Assembly: GCA_030066085.1 (NCBI GenBank)
Contig: JASJCI010000022.1
Location: 6,644 to 70,643, forward strand
Direction of reading: 5' to 3'
Origin: Gammaproteobacteria bacterium
Lineage (GTDB): Bacteria; Pseudomonadota; Gammaproteobacteria; GCA-001735895
Length of the DNA stretch: 64,000 nucleotides
The notes below the pieces were generated by a model that made no database searches, had not been told where the DNA came from, and saw nothing but the letters and a program-made list of their open reading frames with translations. The position numbers were made by a program, and so were the translations under genes. Below, piece after piece: positions 28,999 to 39,954 of this stretch. The stretch's first letter is position 1. Each line of letters begins with the position of its first letter.

Positions 28999-29541
28999 TC
29001 AGTGCAGGGTCGGTGATCGTTCAAGGGGATTCAGCGATTCGTGCAACATCAGGGTTACGAGGCGCACGTGTTCGGCGATCTGTGCAAACTGCTGCTCGGC
29101 CTCGTCACCACCCGCCTCGTCGATATCGAGCTTACTGATTTCCAGCAGATCTGACAAACCCTCGCGCGCATCCTCGTCGAGCGCATCGCGCTCGGCCAGC
29201 CGGGTCACGCCGAGACCATAGAGAAAACCCTGGCACCAGCCCGCCAGCGCGCGCAGCCGCGCGCCGAACTCGGCATCGTCAGCGGGCAGCAGCAGCGCCA
29301 GTCCGAGGTCGCTGTCGTCGAGTTGCGCATGGGTTTCCCGGTAGAGTTCCCGCAGCACGCCAAGGCGCTCCTGTGCAAGCACGTCAGCGCTTGCGGGCAA
29401 GTGATCGAGGGTGTGTCCGAGCCAGGTCTCGGGCGGGGACGCGGCAAGCAACAGCGCACACAGGGTACCGTGGGTTTCGGCGGCGTCGGCGGTCGCGCCC
29501 AGCCCCTCCAGCGCATCCTGCACGGTGTCGAAATCGGTCAT
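28999..29541 (-). CDS. ygfB: UPF0149/YgfB family protein
   Basis: Start trimmed to MTDFDTV. Acidic YgfB-like protein positioned upstream of pepP and divergent from zapA, as in E. coli and P. aeruginosa. Confidence 0.7.
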   Translation of the reverse strand: MTDFDTVQDALEGLGATADAAETHGTLCALLLAASPPETWLGHTLDHLPASADVLAQERLGVLRELYRETHAQLDDSDLGLALLLPADDAEFGARLRALAGWCQGFLYGLGVTRLAERDALDEDAREGLSDLLEISKLDIDEAGGDEAEQQFAQIAEHVRLVTLMLHESLNPLERSPTLH

Positions 29542-29641
29542 TGTAGAAAACCCGCAGATTAGTATACTTCGCATTTTAACATTGCGCGCTCGCCCCGCCG
29601 CAAGCGGTCATCGCGGTGCCGAGCAAGCCCGAACACTGCCT

Positions 29642-29872
29642 ATGGATGCCGATAAAAACGTTTATACCGAGGACGATCTCAGGCAGCTGGAGCAGCGCAT
29701 CGACGAACTGATCGAAACCGTCGGCCTGCTCAAGAACGAAAATACCAGCCTGCGCCAGCAAAAAGACAAGCTGGTCAGCGAGCGCTCCCAGCTGATCGAA
29801 AAGACCGAGATGGCGCGCAGCCGCGTCGAAGCGATGATTTCCCGCCTGCGCTCACTCGAACTCGGCTCATGA
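29642..29872 (+). CDS. Small coiled-coil protein, TIGR02449-like (ZapB-like) family, upstream of zapA
   Basis: 76 aa, entirely heptad-like (LRQLEQRIDELIETVGLLKNENTSLRQQKDKL). Same position as the TIGR02449 gene preceding zapA in Pseudomonas. The 153-aa ORF call was trimmed. Confidence 0.6.
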   Translation: MDADKNVYTEDDLRQLEQRIDELIETVGLLKNENTSLRQQKDKLVSERSQLIEKTEMARSRVEAMISRLRSLELGS

Positions 29873-30180
29873 GCGACGCCCAGCCGATCAATATCTCTAT
29901 CCTGGACAAGGATTACAAGGTCGCCTGCCCGCCGGGCGAACAGTCCGCGCTGCTCGAATCGGCCAAGTTTCTCGACAGCAAGATGCGCGAGGTACGCGAC
30001 AGCGGCAATATCATCGGCTCCGAGCGCATCGCGGTTATCACCGCGCTCAACATGGCCAACGACCTGCTCAAGTCCGTCAATGTCGACAAGGCGATCGGCC
30101 AGGAGCTGCCGCCGCGCCTTAAGGACCTGGAAAGCAAGATCTCGCGCGTGCTCGAACAGGCCAAACAGCTCGAGATCTGA
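29869..30180 (+). CDS. zapA: Cell division protein ZapA
   Basis: 103 aa. The ZapA N-terminal signature ILDKDYKVACPPGEQSAL is present, and the C-terminus is coiled-coil. Confidence 0.85.
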   Translation: MSDAQPINISILDKDYKVACPPGEQSALLESAKFLDSKMREVRDSGNIIGSERIAVITALNMANDLLKSVNVDKAIGQELPPRLKDLESKISRVLEQAKQLEI

Positions 30181-30243
30181 CTACCGCCTGCTCCGCACGC
30201 GCCGGCCTGCATGCCGATAATCGGCACTATTAGTTTTTTAAAT

Positions 30244-30273
30244 TTTACATTTGGACCGAAACGGGCCTATAGT
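30244..30273 (+). promoter_or_regulatory. Putative sigma70 promoter for ssrS (TTTACA-N18-TATAGT)
   Basis: The hexamers were read directly from the sequence. They sit directly upstream of the inferred 6S RNA 5' end. Confidence 0.45.
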
Positions 30274-30277
30274 TAGG

Positions 30278-30472
30278 CGATACTGACTACGGTGATCGTT
30301 AGCAGCCCATCATAATCCTTGAGCCTATCTATCAACCTCGGGGACTTCCGTGTGACACTGGTGAGCATGCCTGACGCGTCAGGAAGCCTGATGTGATTAC
30401 CGATAACCCCACCTGAACCATTGGTTCAAGGTCGATAGTTTTGCGACGTCACCGTGGTCGGTATCCTCGCCC
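30278..30472 (+). ncRNA. ssrS: 6S RNA (SsrS)
   Basis: Located just downstream of zapA, as in E. coli and Pseudomonas. Contains GGUGAGCAUGC and CACCUGAACCAUUGGUUCAAGG, which match E. coli 6S (GGUGAGCAUGCUCGG, CACCUUGAACCAAGGGUUCAAGG). The 5' arm ggcgatactgactacggtg is complementary to the 3' arm caccgtggtcggtatcctcgcc (closing stem). End coordinates are +/- 10 nt. Confidence 0.8.
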
Positions 30473-30512
30473 CCCGCAACTCCCCTGCCGTATTTCCGGC
30501 CGGCCTCCGCGG

Positions 30513-32036
30513 TTAGCGCAAGAACAGCCGGTAAGCGTCGTTGCCGGTCTCGTCCCAGTAAGGAATACCGAGGCTCTTGAGGAAGCTGTTGAAAGCTTTC
30601 AGATCGCCGCGATCGACCTGGAACCCCATCAGGATACGACCAAAATTGGAACCGTGGTTGCGGTAGTGGAACAGGCTGATGTTCCAGCGATCACCGACCT
30701 TCATCAAAAAATTTAATAGCGCGCCCGGTTTTTCGGGGAACTGGAAGCGATAGAGATGCTCGTTGGTTACGCTGTTGCCGGGGTGGCCGCCGATCATGTA
30801 ACGCGTGTGCAGCTTGGCCACTTCGTTGTCGGTCATGTCGACTACCGGGTAGCCGCCCTTGCGCAGCTTTTCGATCAGCTGGTTCTTTTCCTCCAGACCC
30901 CTGGTCAGCTGGATACCCGCGAATACGCGCGCGAGCTTGTCGTCCGCGTAGCGATAGTTGAACTCGGTAATCGCGCGTTGCCCGATCATCTTGCACAGCC
31001 GCTTGAAGCTGCCCGGGCGTTCCGGGATTTCGACCGCCAGCAGCGCCTCGCGTTCTTCACCCAGTTCGGCGCGTTCGGACACGTGCCGCAGCCGATCGAA
31101 GTTCATGTTGGCGCCGCAGTTGATTGCGACGAAAGTCTTGCCCTGGATACCGTGCGCCTCGACGTACTTTTTCAGCCCGGCGAGCGACAGTGCGCCGGCC
31201 GGTTCACAAATCGAGCGCGTATCCTCGTAGGTGTCCTTGATTGCCGCGCAGATCTGGTCGGTGTTGACCAGGATCACGTCATCGACCAGGTCCTTGATCA
31301 TGGAAAAGGTGTTCTTGCCGACCTGGCGCACGGCAACACCGTCGGCGAATATACCGACATCCTTGAGCTTGACCCGCCGCCCGGTCCTGCGAGCCTCGTA
31401 GAAACAGGCCGCGTCTTCCGGCTCGACGCCGATGATCCGGGTCTCCGGCTTGACCATTTTCATGAACCCGGCGATGCCCGCCACCAGTCCGCCGCCGCCA
31501 ACCGCGACGAAGATCGCGTCGATGTGGCCGGGGTGCTGGCGGATGATCTCGTGCGCGATAGTGCCCTGCCCGGCCATGACGTCGAAGTCGTCGAACGGAT
31601 GGATGTAGGCGAGTTTCTCCTTTTGCGCGAGCTTGAGCGAGTAATCCTTGGCGGCATCGAAATTTTCGCCGTGGATCACGACCCTGGCGCCGAGCGCGCG
31701 CACCGCGCCGACCTTGATGTCGGGTGTCGTTACCGGCATGACGATGACCGCCTTCAGGTGCAGTTTCTGCGCCGCCAGCGCCACCCCCTGGGCGTGGTTG
31801 CCCGCCGACGCGGTGATGACACCCTTGAGATCCGGGTTAGCCTTCGTTTCCTGGTATATCTTGTTGAATGCACCGCGACACTTGAACGAAAAAACCGGCT
31901 GCAGGTCCTCGCGCTTGAGGAACACGTCGTTGCCGAAGCGGCGGGAAATTTTCGGCATGTGATCGAGCGGCGTTTCGCGCGCCACGTCGTATACCCGCGC
32001 GGTCAGGATTTTTTCCAGAAATTTGTCTTTTCGCAT
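30513..32036 (-). CDS. ilvA: Threonine ammonia-lyase, biosynthetic
   Basis: Aligns along its length with E. coli IlvA (FSFKCRGA PLP-lysine block, two C-terminal ACT-like regulatory domains). Start trimmed to MRKDKFLEKIL, giving about 507 aa. Confidence 0.9.
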   Translation of the reverse strand: MRKDKFLEKILTARVYDVARETPLDHMPKISRRFGNDVFLKREDLQPVFSFKCRGAFNKIYQETKANPDLKGVITASAGNHAQGVALAAQKLHLKAVIVMPVTTPDIKVGAVRALGARVVIHGENFDAAKDYSLKLAQKEKLAYIHPFDDFDVMAGQGTIAHEIIRQHPGHIDAIFVAVGGGGLVAGIAGFMKMVKPETRIIGVEPEDAACFYEARRTGRRVKLKDVGIFADGVAVRQVGKNTFSMIKDLVDDVILVNTDQICAAIKDTYEDTRSICEPAGALSLAGLKKYVEAHGIQGKTFVAINCGANMNFDRLRHVSERAELGEEREALLAVEIPERPGSFKRLCKMIGQRAITEFNYRYADDKLARVFAGIQLTRGLEEKNQLIEKLRKGGYPVVDMTDNEVAKLHTRYMIGGHPGNSVTNEHLYRFQFPEKPGALLNFLMKVGDRWNISLFHYRNHGSNFGRILMGFQVDRGDLKAFNSFLKSLGIPYWDETGNDAYRLFLR

Positions 32037-32145
32037 AAGCCCGGGGAGCCTTGAGGAATTCGGCGGCACGCAAAACAGCGCAATGACTTGCGCTGCCTGG
32101 TTGGGATTATCATAATTGATCGCACTCGAAGCAACCGCTAAATCC

Positions 32146-32814
32146 ATGACTCCCGAAGACAAGAAGCGTATCGCCGCGGAGGCCGCCGTCGGCTATGTCA
32201 GGCCCGATACCGTTATCGGCGTCGGTACCGGCTCCACGGTCAACCATTTCATCGACCTGCTGGCAGCCGAAATGGCGGGCGAGGTCAGGGCCGCGGTTTC
32301 CAGTTCGGAAGCGTCGAGCGAGCGCCTGCGCGGGCACGGCATCCCGGTGGTCGATCTGAACGAGGTCGGCCGCCTCGATGTCTACGTCGACGGCGCCGAC
32401 GAGTCCAACGCGCGCCTGCACCTGATCAAGGGTGGCGGTGGCGCGCTCACGCGCGAGAAAATCGTCGCCGCGGCGAGCCGCGAATTCGTCTGCATCGCCG
32501 ACGACAGCAAGCTGGTCGCAACCCTGGGCAGCTTTCCGCTGCCGGTGGAGGTAATCCCGATGGCGCGCGAACTGGTCGCTTATGCGCTGCGTGAACTGGG
32601 CGGCGAGCCGCGCCTGCGTGACGGCACCGTCACCGACAACGGCAATCATATCCTGGACGTCCACGGACTGAGCATCGACGACGCGCTGACCCTGGAAACC
32701 CGGATCAACCAGATCACCGGCGTGGTTTGCAACGGCCTGTTTGCCCATCGACCGGCCGACGTACTGATCCTGGGCACCGATCACGGTGTCGAGCGACATA
32801 CCGCCGCGACATAA
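32146..32814 (+). CDS. rpiA: Ribose-5-phosphate isomerase A
   Basis: Start trimmed to [16 protein letters not shown] and DGADE...[11 protein letters not shown] are the RpiA signature blocks. Confidence 0.9.
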   Translation: MTPEDKKRIAAEAAVGYVRPDTVIGVGTGSTVNHFIDLLAAEMAGEVRAAVSSSEASSERLRGHGIPVVDLNEVGRLDVYVDGADESNARLHLIKGGGGALTREKIVAAASREFVCIADDSKLVATLGSFPLPVEVIPMARELVAYALRELGGEPRLRDGTVTDNGNHILDVHGLSIDDALTLETRINQITGVVCNGLFAHRPADVLILGTDHGVERHTAAT

Positions 32815-32840
32815 AAAAAGCCCGCTGTCGCGGGCTTTTG
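32815..32840. terminator. Bidirectional rho-independent terminator between convergent rpiA and rpsI
   Basis: aaaaaGCCCGCtgtcGCGGGCtttt: a perfect 6-bp GC stem with a 4-nt loop, flanked by an A-run on one side and a T-run on the other. Confidence 0.8.
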
Positions 32841-32878
32841 TTACTCGATGGCGCGTTGCGCGCGAAACTCGCGACGCG

Positions 32879-33268
32879 TTAACGCTTGGAGAACTGGACT
32901 CCGCGGCGAGCCTTGCGCAGACCGACCTTCTTGCGTTCGACCTCGCGCGCGTCGCGGGTCACGAAGCCTTCCTTGCGCAGCGCTGAGCGCAGGGTCTCGT
33001 CGTAGTCGATTAGTGCGCGGGTAATCCCGTGCCGGATCGCACCGGCCTGGCCGCTGGGTCCGCCGCCGCTGACGTTGACGAAAATGTCGAACTTGTCGGT
33101 CAGTTCCGCGGTTTCGAGCGGTTGCCGCACGACCATGCGCGAGGTTTCGCGGCCGAAGTACTGGTCGATGCTGCGCTTGTTGATCGTGATCGCGCCGCTT
33201 CCCGGACGCAGGTAAACGCGTGCCGAGGAGCTCTTGCGTCGTCCGGTGCCGTAATACTGATCTGCCAT
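32879..33268 (-). CDS. rpsI: 30S ribosomal protein S9
   Basis: 129 aa, ends ...RRGVQFSKR. Near-universal S9 sequence. Confidence 0.95.
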   Translation of the reverse strand: MADQYYGTGRRKSSSARVYLRPGSGAITINKRSIDQYFGRETSRMVVRQPLETAELTDKFDIFVNVSGGGPSGQAGAIRHGITRALIDYDETLRSALRKEGFVTRDAREVERKKVGLRKARRGVQFSKR

Positions 33269-33279
33269 GTCTGTCCTGC

Positions 33280-33708
33280 CTAGATTTCGAGGGTCTGGGG
33301 TTGCTGCGCTTCGTGCTTGTGCGCGTCACCCGCGTACACCTTCAGCTTGCGGAACATCGCGCGACCCAGCGGGTTCTTCGGCAACATGCCCTTGACCGAC
33401 TTTTCGATGATGCGCTCGGGGTGCTCCTGGCGCAGCTTGGCGAGATTGGTCGACTTGAGGCTGCCGATGTAGCCGGTGTGATGGTGATACATCTTGTCGT
33501 TTTCCTTGTTGCCGGTAACGCGTACCTTTTCGGCATTGATGACAATGATGTAGTCGCCGGTGTCGACATGCGGCGTGTACTCGGGCTTGTGCTTGCCGCG
33601 CAGACGGCGCGCAATTTCGGTCGACAGCCGGCCGAGGACCTTGTCGGTCGCGTCGATCACGTACCAGTCGCGTTTAACCGTTTCGGGTTTGGCGCTGAAG
33701 GTTTTCAT
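33280..33708 (-). CDS. rplM: 50S ribosomal protein L13
   Basis: Start trimmed to [20 protein letters not shown], about 142 aa. Conserved L13. Confidence 0.95.
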   Translation of the reverse strand: MKTFSAKPETVKRDWYVIDATDKVLGRLSTEIARRLRGKHKPEYTPHVDTGDYIIVINAEKVRVTGNKENDKMYHHHTGYIGSLKSTNLAKLRQEHPERIIEKSVKGMLPKNPLGRAMFRKLKVYAGDAHKHEAQQPQTLEI

Positions 33709-33905
33709 CTGATTTCCCGTAAAACCCCGGTTGCGGGGTCTTGAGTTCTGTTGCAAAGGGCGCGAATACTAACGGAAACAGGATCGCTTGACAAGCCGTA
33801 AACCCGCGTTTTTACGTGTATTTCCAGGTGCTGGATTCGGCTCGAGAGATGGCCGATAATCGCCCTTCGAACAAACCCGGCACAACCCGCTGCGAAAGGC
33901 CCGAA

Positions 33906-34544
33906 ATGCGTCGCTTAAGCTTCACCGACCGCCTGCTCGACGAACTCCAGCACGGCTTCAACACGACCCACCTGCGTCCGCCCGCGGCGCCGCGACCCTA
34001 CCCGGCCGGGACGGTCGACGAGCACGAGTTGTCCGACGACGAGCGTGCCCACGCGGCCGGCCTGATGCGGGTCAACAACGCCGGCGAGGTTGCCGCCCAG
34101 GGCCTCTACCGCGGCCAGGCGCTGACCGCGCGCCGGGCCGCGCTTGGCGCGGCCATGATCGAAGCCGCGGAAGAAGAAAACGAACACCTCAACTGGTGTC
34201 AGCGACGGCTGGAAGAACTCGGCGAACGACGCAGCCTGTTCGACGGCTTCTGGTACTGGGGCTCGTTTGCGATCGGCGCGCTGGCCGGCGCGGCCGGCGA
34301 CAAGTGGAGCCTGGGTTTCGTCAAGGAGACCGAGCAACAGGTCTGCGGCCATCTCGACAGTCATCTCGAGCGCCTGCCGCAGCAGGACCAGCGCAGCCGG
34401 GCTATCCTCGAGGCGATGCGCGCGGACGAGCTGCGCCACGCCGACAATGCCGCCGCGGCCGGCGCGGCGGAGTTACCCCTGCCGGTACGGCGGGTTATGA
34501 CCGCGGTCAGCAAGATCATGACGGTTGGCGCTTACCGCCTCTAG
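33906..34544 (+). CDS. coq7: Demethoxyubiquinone hydroxylase, COQ7 family (di-iron)
   Basis: [12 protein letters not shown]-terminus. Ferritin-like EXXH repeats ([23 protein letters not shown]). Start is 33906; 33849 is an alternative. Confidence 0.8.
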   Translation: MRRLSFTDRLLDELQHGFNTTHLRPPAAPRPYPAGTVDEHELSDDERAHAAGLMRVNNAGEVAAQGLYRGQALTARRAALGAAMIEAAEEENEHLNWCQRRLEELGERRSLFDGFWYWGSFAIGALAGAAGDKWSLGFVKETEQQVCGHLDSHLERLPQQDQRSRAILEAMRADELRHADNAAAAGAAELPLPVRRVMTAVSKIMTVGAYRL

Positions 34545-34596
34545 GTGTTCGCTATCGACCCTCGCGCCGGCGGCCCGGGTCCAGCCAGGGCATGAC

Positions 34597-35013
34597 TCAG
34601 GCTTCGACGATTTCGAAGTCGTGCGTGATGGCGGCCGTTTTCTCCAGCATCCTCGACGCGGAACAGTATTTCTCGGCCGATAATTCGATTGCCTTTGCGA
34701 CCTTCTTCGGGTCGAGCTGATTGCCTTTGACTATGAAATGCAGGTGGATGCGGGTAAATACCTTCGGCACCTCCGGGGCACGCTCGGCCTCGATTTCGAC
34801 CTCGCATTCGACCAGCGCCTGGCGGGATTTTTGCAAAATCGACACCACGTCGAAGCTGGTGCAACCGCCGAGACCAAGGATCAGCATTTCCATCGGGCGG
34901 ACGCCGAGATTACGCCCCCCGGATTCCGGCGCACCGTCCATCACCACCGAGTGACCACTCGGTGATTCACCGACAAAAGTCATGTGGTCGAGCCATTTTA
35001 CTCTAGACTTCAT
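34597..35013 (-). CDS. OsmC/Ohr family peroxiredoxin-like protein
   Basis: 138 aa. The LGLGGCTSFDV and AEKYCSASRML cysteine blocks typify the OsmC family. Confidence 0.8.
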   Translation of the reverse strand: MKSRVKWLDHMTFVGESPSGHSVVMDGAPESGGRNLGVRPMEMLILGLGGCTSFDVVSILQKSRQALVECEVEIEAERAPEVPKVFTRIHLHFIVKGNQLDPKKVAKAIELSAEKYCSASRMLEKTAAITHDFEIVEA

Positions 35014-35077
35014 AGTCCTAATCTATTGCTGTTGCACTGCACGATTTGTGCTATGTTTAATGCACGTGAGCTAACAC

Positions 35078-35737
35078 TTGATGCATACGATGTCAGTTAA
35101 CCCGATCACAAAAGTTGTACCGCGGCAAAACCCCGCGCTGGACAATTTCCTGCGTCACTGCCACGTCAAGAAGTACTCCGCACGCTCCACGATCATTCAC
35201 GCGGGCGACGAGTCGGAGACGCTTTACTATATCATCGACGGTTCGGTCAGCGTAGTTATCGAGGACGAGGACTGCAACGAAATCGTGCTGGCTTACCTGA
35301 ATCCCGGTGATTTCTTCGGTGAGATGGGGCTGTTCGAGGAAGACACCAAGCGCAGCGCCTGGGTGATCACCCGCACCGTCTGCGAAGTGGCCGAAATTCA
35401 TTACTCGCAGTTCATGCAACTGGCCAAGGAAACCCCCGAGATCCTGTTCCAGCTGTCATCGCAGCTCGCGAGCCGGCTGCGCAACACCAGTCGCAAGGTC
35501 AGCAACCTGGCATTCATGGATGTTACCGGGCGCGTCGCGCGCACGCTGCTGGATCTCGCGCGCGAACCGGATGCGATCACCCATCCGGACGGCATGCAAA
35601 TCAAGATAACCCGCCAGGAGATCGCCAAGATCGTCGGCTGCTCGCGGGAGATGGCCGGGCGCGTCATGAAGACCCTCGAGGAAGACGGCCTGATCTCGGC
35701 CCACGGCAAAACCATCGTCGTTTTCGGTACCCGCTAG
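35078..35737 (+). CDS. crp: cAMP receptor protein (Crp/Vfr)
   Basis: Near-colinear with E. coli CRP: [63 protein letters not shown]. Start may be at a downstream Met. Confidence 0.9.
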   Translation: MMHTMSVNPITKVVPRQNPALDNFLRHCHVKKYSARSTIIHAGDESETLYYIIDGSVSVVIEDEDCNEIVLAYLNPGDFFGEMGLFEEDTKRSAWVITRTVCEVAEIHYSQFMQLAKETPEILFQLSSQLASRLRNTSRKVSNLAFMDVTGRVARTLLDLAREPDAITHPDGMQIKITRQEIAKIVGCSREMAGRVMKTLEEDGLISAHGKTIVVFGTR

Positions 35738-35976
35738 ACCCGCGGCGCAGTACTGTTCGTATTTCTGGTTCCCGCAGAGCCCGCCGGGGACGCAGAGCAT
35801 GTACGACAAACTCTACCTTGCCCCTGTTTCCGGCACCGTGTTCGCTAGCCGCCTGACGGGTGAATTTTCCCTGCGGCCCAACCTTTAGAAAATCCCGCGC
35901 GCACCGCTCGTAGAACCCTGCGAGCCCTGCGGGAACCCTATGGTAAAGTCGCCGCTGATCAGCGCCCGCGGCGGTT

Positions 35977-36780
35977 TCAGTCGCGAAACAGATCGTGGAG
36001 TTCGGCGCCGGGGTCGGCGGCGCGCATGAAGGCTTCGCCGACGAGGAAAGCGTTGACGTCTTGCGCGCGCATGCGCGCGACGTCGGCGCGACCGTGAATC
36101 CCGCTTTCGGTCACCACCAGGCAACCGGGCGGTACCGTGTCGAGCAGGTCGAGGGTGGTTTCCAGCCGGGTTTCGAAGGTACGCAGGTTGCGGTTGTTGA
36201 TACCGACGAGATCGAGCTCGAGCCGCAACGCCCGTTCCAGCTCATCGCGGTCGTGCACCTCGACCAGGACGTCCAGCTCGAATTCCCGCGCCGCGGCCGA
36301 CAGTTCGGCGAGCGCGGTATCATCGAGTGCGGCCACGATCAACAGGACACAGTCGGCGCCGATGGCGCGGGCTTCGGCCACCTGGTAGGGATCGACGATA
36401 AAATCCTTGCGAATTACCGGCAGGTCGCAGGCATCACGGGCGGCGGTCAGGTAGTCTTCGTGGCCCTGGAAAAAATCGCGGTCGGTCAGCACCGACAGGC
36501 AGCACGCGCCACCGCGCTGGTAGGATTCGGCGATCGCGACCGGGTCGAAATCTTCACGGATCACCCCTTTGCTCGGTGAAGCCTTCTTGATCTCGGCAAT
36601 AACCGCGGCTTCGCCAGCGGCGACCCGCTGGCGCAATGCGGCGACAAATCCGCGTACCGGCGAAACATCGCCAGCGCGCCGGCGCAGCTCGTCGACACTC
36701 CGCTCGCGCTTGCGCGCGGCAATTTCCTCGGCCTTGCGGGCGAGAATACGCTGCAGGATATCGGGTGGTGCCGCGGTCAC
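35977..36780 (-). CDS. trpC: Indole-3-glycerol phosphate synthase
   Basis: 267 aa. [25 protein letters not shown] blocks. Confidence 0.9.
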   Translation of the reverse strand: MTAAPPDILQRILARKAEEIAARKRERSVDELRRRAGDVSPVRGFVAALRQRVAAGEAAVIAEIKKASPSKGVIREDFDPVAIAESYQRGGACCLSVLTDRDFFQGHEDYLTAARDACDLPVIRKDFIVDPYQVAEARAIGADCVLLIVAALDDTALAELSAAAREFELDVLVEVHDRDELERALRLELDLVGINNRNLRTFETRLETTLDLLDTVPPGCLVVTESGIHGRADVARMRAQDVNAFLVGEAFMRAADPGAELHDLFRD

Positions 36781-37793
36781 AGCGAGTTGCTCCGCTCGAC
36801 CAGTTTTTGCAGGGCGCGGGCGGCCTTGCCATCGGCAATTGCCGCCCGTGCCGCGTCGACCCCGGCGGCCAGTGTGTCGGACAGGCCGGCGACATAAATG
36901 GCCGCGCCGGCGTTCAGGCAGACGATGTCGTGCGCCGGACCTGCTTCGCCACCAAATACCGCGCGAATTTTGCCCAGGCTGGCCTCGGCGCTGTCGACAC
37001 GCAGGGTTTCGATTGGTGCGGTCTCCATGCCAAAATCAGCCGGCGTCAGGGTGTAGGTGCTGACTTCGCCATCCTTGAGCTCGGCGACCCGGGTCGGCGC
37101 GGACACGCTGATTTCGTCCATGCCATCCTCGGCATGGACGACCATGACGTGGCGGCTGCCGAGTTGCTGCAGCACCCGCGCCATCACCTCGACCAGCTCG
37201 CCGTCGAATACGCCGATAACCTGGTTGGGGGCGCCGGCGGGATTGGTCAGGGGACCGAGCACGTTGAAGATCGTGCGCACGGCCATCTCCTTGCGCGCAC
37301 CGATCGCGTGTTTCATCGCGCCGTGATGCGCCGGCGCGAACATGAAGCCGACACCGACCGAGCGGATACATTCGGCGACCTGGGCCGGCGACAGGTCGAG
37401 CCGCACACCGGCCGCCTCGAGCACGTCGGCACTGCCGGAGTTGCTGGTCATCGAGCGATTGCCGTGCTTGGCGACACTGGCGCCGGCGGCCGCGGCAACG
37501 ATCGCGCTGGCGGTCGAGATATTGAAACTGCCGGAAGCGTCACCGCCGGTACCGGCGGTATCGACGAGGTGGTCGCCGTCGACCTCGACCCGCGCCGCTA
37601 GTTCGCGCATGACGCTGGCGGCTGCCGAAATCTCGTCGACGCTTTCGCCCTTCATGCGCAGGCCGACGAGAAAGCCGCCGATTTGCGACTCGGTGCACTC
37701 ACCGGTCATGATCTGGCGCATCACCGAGGTCATGTCGGCACCGCTCAGGTCGCGGCCCTCGATGACGGTCTTGATCGCTGTCTGGATGTCCAC
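36777..37793 (-). CDS. trpD: Anthranilate phosphoribosyltransferase
   Basis: GTG start at 37793 with an AAGGGGGT SD. The ORF call has a 105-aa spurious extension. DTAGTGGD and NPAGAPN motifs. Confidence 0.85.
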   Translation of the reverse strand: MDIQTAIKTVIEGRDLSGADMTSVMRQIMTGECTESQIGGFLVGLRMKGESVDEISAAASVMRELAARVEVDGDHLVDTAGTGGDASGSFNISTASAIVAAAAGASVAKHGNRSMTSNSGSADVLEAAGVRLDLSPAQVAECIRSVGVGFMFAPAHHGAMKHAIGARKEMAVRTIFNVLGPLTNPAGAPNQVIGVFDGELVEVMARVLQQLGSRHVMVVHAEDGMDEISVSAPTRVAELKDGEVSTYTLTPADFGMETAPIETLRVDSAEASLGKIRAVFGGEAGPAHDIVCLNAGAAIYVAGLSDTLAAGVDAARAAIADGKAARALQKLVERSNSL

Positions 37794-37809
37794 CTGCTTG
37801 CTACCCCCT

Positions 37810-38391
37810 TTAACCCTGCAGAAAATTCTGCAGTAACTGATGCCCGTGCCGTGTTTCGATCGATTCGGGGTGAAATTGTACCCCTTCGACCGAGAGTTCA
37901 CGGTGGCGCACGCCCATGATTTCGTCGATGTTGCCGTCGGCGTCCTCGGTCCAGGCGGTGATCTCGAGACAGGCCGGCAGGCTGGCGCGCTCGATGACCA
38001 GCGAATGATAGCGCGTTGCGATGAACGGACTCTCGAGACCGCGAAAAACGCCCTTGCCGAGATGCCGGATCGGCGAAGTCTTGCCATGCATGATCTCGCG
38101 CGCATGCACGATGCGACCGCCGAATACCTGGCCGATGCTCTGGTGGCCGAGACAGACGCCGAGAATCGGCCGCTCTCCGGCCATGGCCTCGATCGCGGCC
38201 ATCGACACGCCGGCTTCGTTCGGCGTACAGGGGCCGGGCGAAATCATGATGCGGCTGGCGTCGCTGTGGCGAATTGCATCGATGCCGATCTGGTCGTTGC
38301 GCGCAACCTCGACCTCGGCGCCGAGTTCACCCAGGTACTGCACCAGGTTGAAGGTGAAGGAATCGTAGTTGTCGATCATCAGTACCTTCAT
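37810..38391 (-). CDS. trpG: Anthranilate synthase component II (glutamine amidotransferase)
   Basis: Start trimmed to [26 protein letters not shown] catalytic Cys block and HPES block. Confidence 0.9.
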   Translation of the reverse strand: MKVLMIDNYDSFTFNLVQYLGELGAEVEVARNDQIGIDAIRHSDASRIMISPGPCTPNEAGVSMAAIEAMAGERPILGVCLGHQSIGQVFGGRIVHAREIMHGKTSPIRHLGKGVFRGLESPFIATRYHSLVIERASLPACLEITAWTEDADGNIDEIMGVRHRELSVEGVQFHPESIETRHGHQLLQNFLQG

Positions 38392-39902
38392 GACCGCCCC
38401 TCCCCGTCCTCGTCGGCACCGGCATTGCGTGCCGGCAGGCCGGCCTCGGCCAGTGCAACCGCGCGGAAAATCGCGCGCCCCTTGTTCATGGTCTCGGCCC
38501 ATTCGTTTGCGGGTACCGAGTCGTAGACGATGCCGGCGCCGGCCTGGATGTAGAGCTTGCCGTCCTTGATCACGGCGGTGCGAATCGCGATCGCGGTGTC
38601 CATGTTGCCGCTCCAGGAGAGATAGCCGACCGCGCCCGAGTAGATGCCGCGCTTGACCGGTTCGAGCTCGTCGATGATTTCCATCGCCCGTATCTTGGGC
38701 GCGCCCGACACGGTGCCGGCCGGAAAGGTGGCCCGCAGGACGTCGAACGCGGTCATGTCGGGCCGAATCCGGCCCTCGACATTGGACACGATGTGCATCA
38801 CGTGCGAGTAACGCTCGACGATCATTTTTTCGGTCAGCTCGACGCTGCCGACCTGGCTGACCCGGCCGGCATCGTTGCGGCCGAGATCGATCAGCATCAG
38901 GTGCTCGGCGAGTTCCTTCGGATCGGCCAGCAGGTCCGCCTCGAGCGCGCGGTCCGCCTCCGGCGTACGGCCGCGCGGACGGGTGCCGGCAATCGGGCGC
39001 ACGGTCACGGTTTCGTCCTCGAGCCGCACCAGGATCTCCGGCGAGGATCCCACCACGTGGTGATCGCCGAGATTCAGGTAGTACAGGTAGGGTGACGGAT
39101 TCAGGCTGCGCAGCGCGCGGTACAGCTCGATCGGCTCGGCGCGATAGGGAATCGACAGGCGCTGCGACAGCACGACCTGCATGCAGTCGCCATCGATGAT
39201 GTACTGGCGCGCCCGCTCGACCGCGGCTTCGAAACCCTCGCGGGTGAACCCGGATTCGAAGTCCTGTTCACGCACCTCGATCTCGGACGCGGACGGCGCC
39301 TCGCGCTCGAGGTTTCGTGCCAGGCGCTGCTCGAGCGCGTCAAGCCGGGCCTGGCCTGCCTGCCACGCACCCGCTTCGGCCGGATCGACGTGCACCACGA
39401 GGTACATGCGCGAGGACAGGTTGTCGAACACCACCAGTTCGTCGCTCAGCATGAGCAGGATATCGGGCGTTTCGTGCCGGTCCGGGTTGGGACAGTCCGC
39501 CAGTTTCGGTTCGATGTAGCGAATCGTGTCGTAACCGAAGTAACCGACCAGGCCGCCATGAAACTTGGGCAGGTAATCGAACTCGGCAACGCGAAAAAAC
39601 TTCAGGTACTCCTCGACGAAACGCAGCGGGTCATCGGTTTCTTCCTCGCTGACGACCTGGCCGCCAACTTCGAGTTGCGCTGTCTTGCCGAAAACGCGGA
39701 TACGGGTATCGCAGGCCATGCCGATAATCGAGTATCGACCCCACTTCTCGCCACCCTGGACCGATTCGAACAGGTAGGTGTAGGGTTCATCGGCGAGCTT
39801 CAGGTAGGCGCTGAGCGGGGTATCGAGATCGGCGAATACTTCGCGCACCAGCGGGATGCGATTGTAATCGCGCTTGATCTGGTTGAATTGCTGCAGGTTC
39901 AC
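38388..39902 (-). CDS. trpE: Anthranilate synthase component I
   Basis: 504 aa. TrpE signature (LLESV-like FESVQGGE; C-terminal chorismate-binding [13 protein letters not shown]). ATGA overlap with trpG. GAGGA SD. Confidence 0.9.
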   Translation of the reverse strand: MNLQQFNQIKRDYNRIPLVREVFADLDTPLSAYLKLADEPYTYLFESVQGGEKWGRYSIIGMACDTRIRVFGKTAQLEVGGQVVSEEETDDPLRFVEEYLKFFRVAEFDYLPKFHGGLVGYFGYDTIRYIEPKLADCPNPDRHETPDILLMLSDELVVFDNLSSRMYLVVHVDPAEAGAWQAGQARLDALEQRLARNLEREAPSASEIEVREQDFESGFTREGFEAAVERARQYIIDGDCMQVVLSQRLSIPYRAEPIELYRALRSLNPSPYLYYLNLGDHHVVGSSPEILVRLEDETVTVRPIAGTRPRGRTPEADRALEADLLADPKELAEHLMLIDLGRNDAGRVSQVGSVELTEKMIVERYSHVMHIVSNVEGRIRPDMTAFDVLRATFPAGTVSGAPKIRAMEIIDELEPVKRGIYSGAVGYLSWSGNMDTAIAIRTAVIKDGKLYIQAGAGIVYDSVPANEWAETMNKGRAIFRAVALAEAGLPARNAGADEDGEGRS

Positions 39903-39954
39903 GGGGTGTCCTCAAAAACGGTTGCGAAAAAAAAGGGGTACGAACGGGCCGGCT

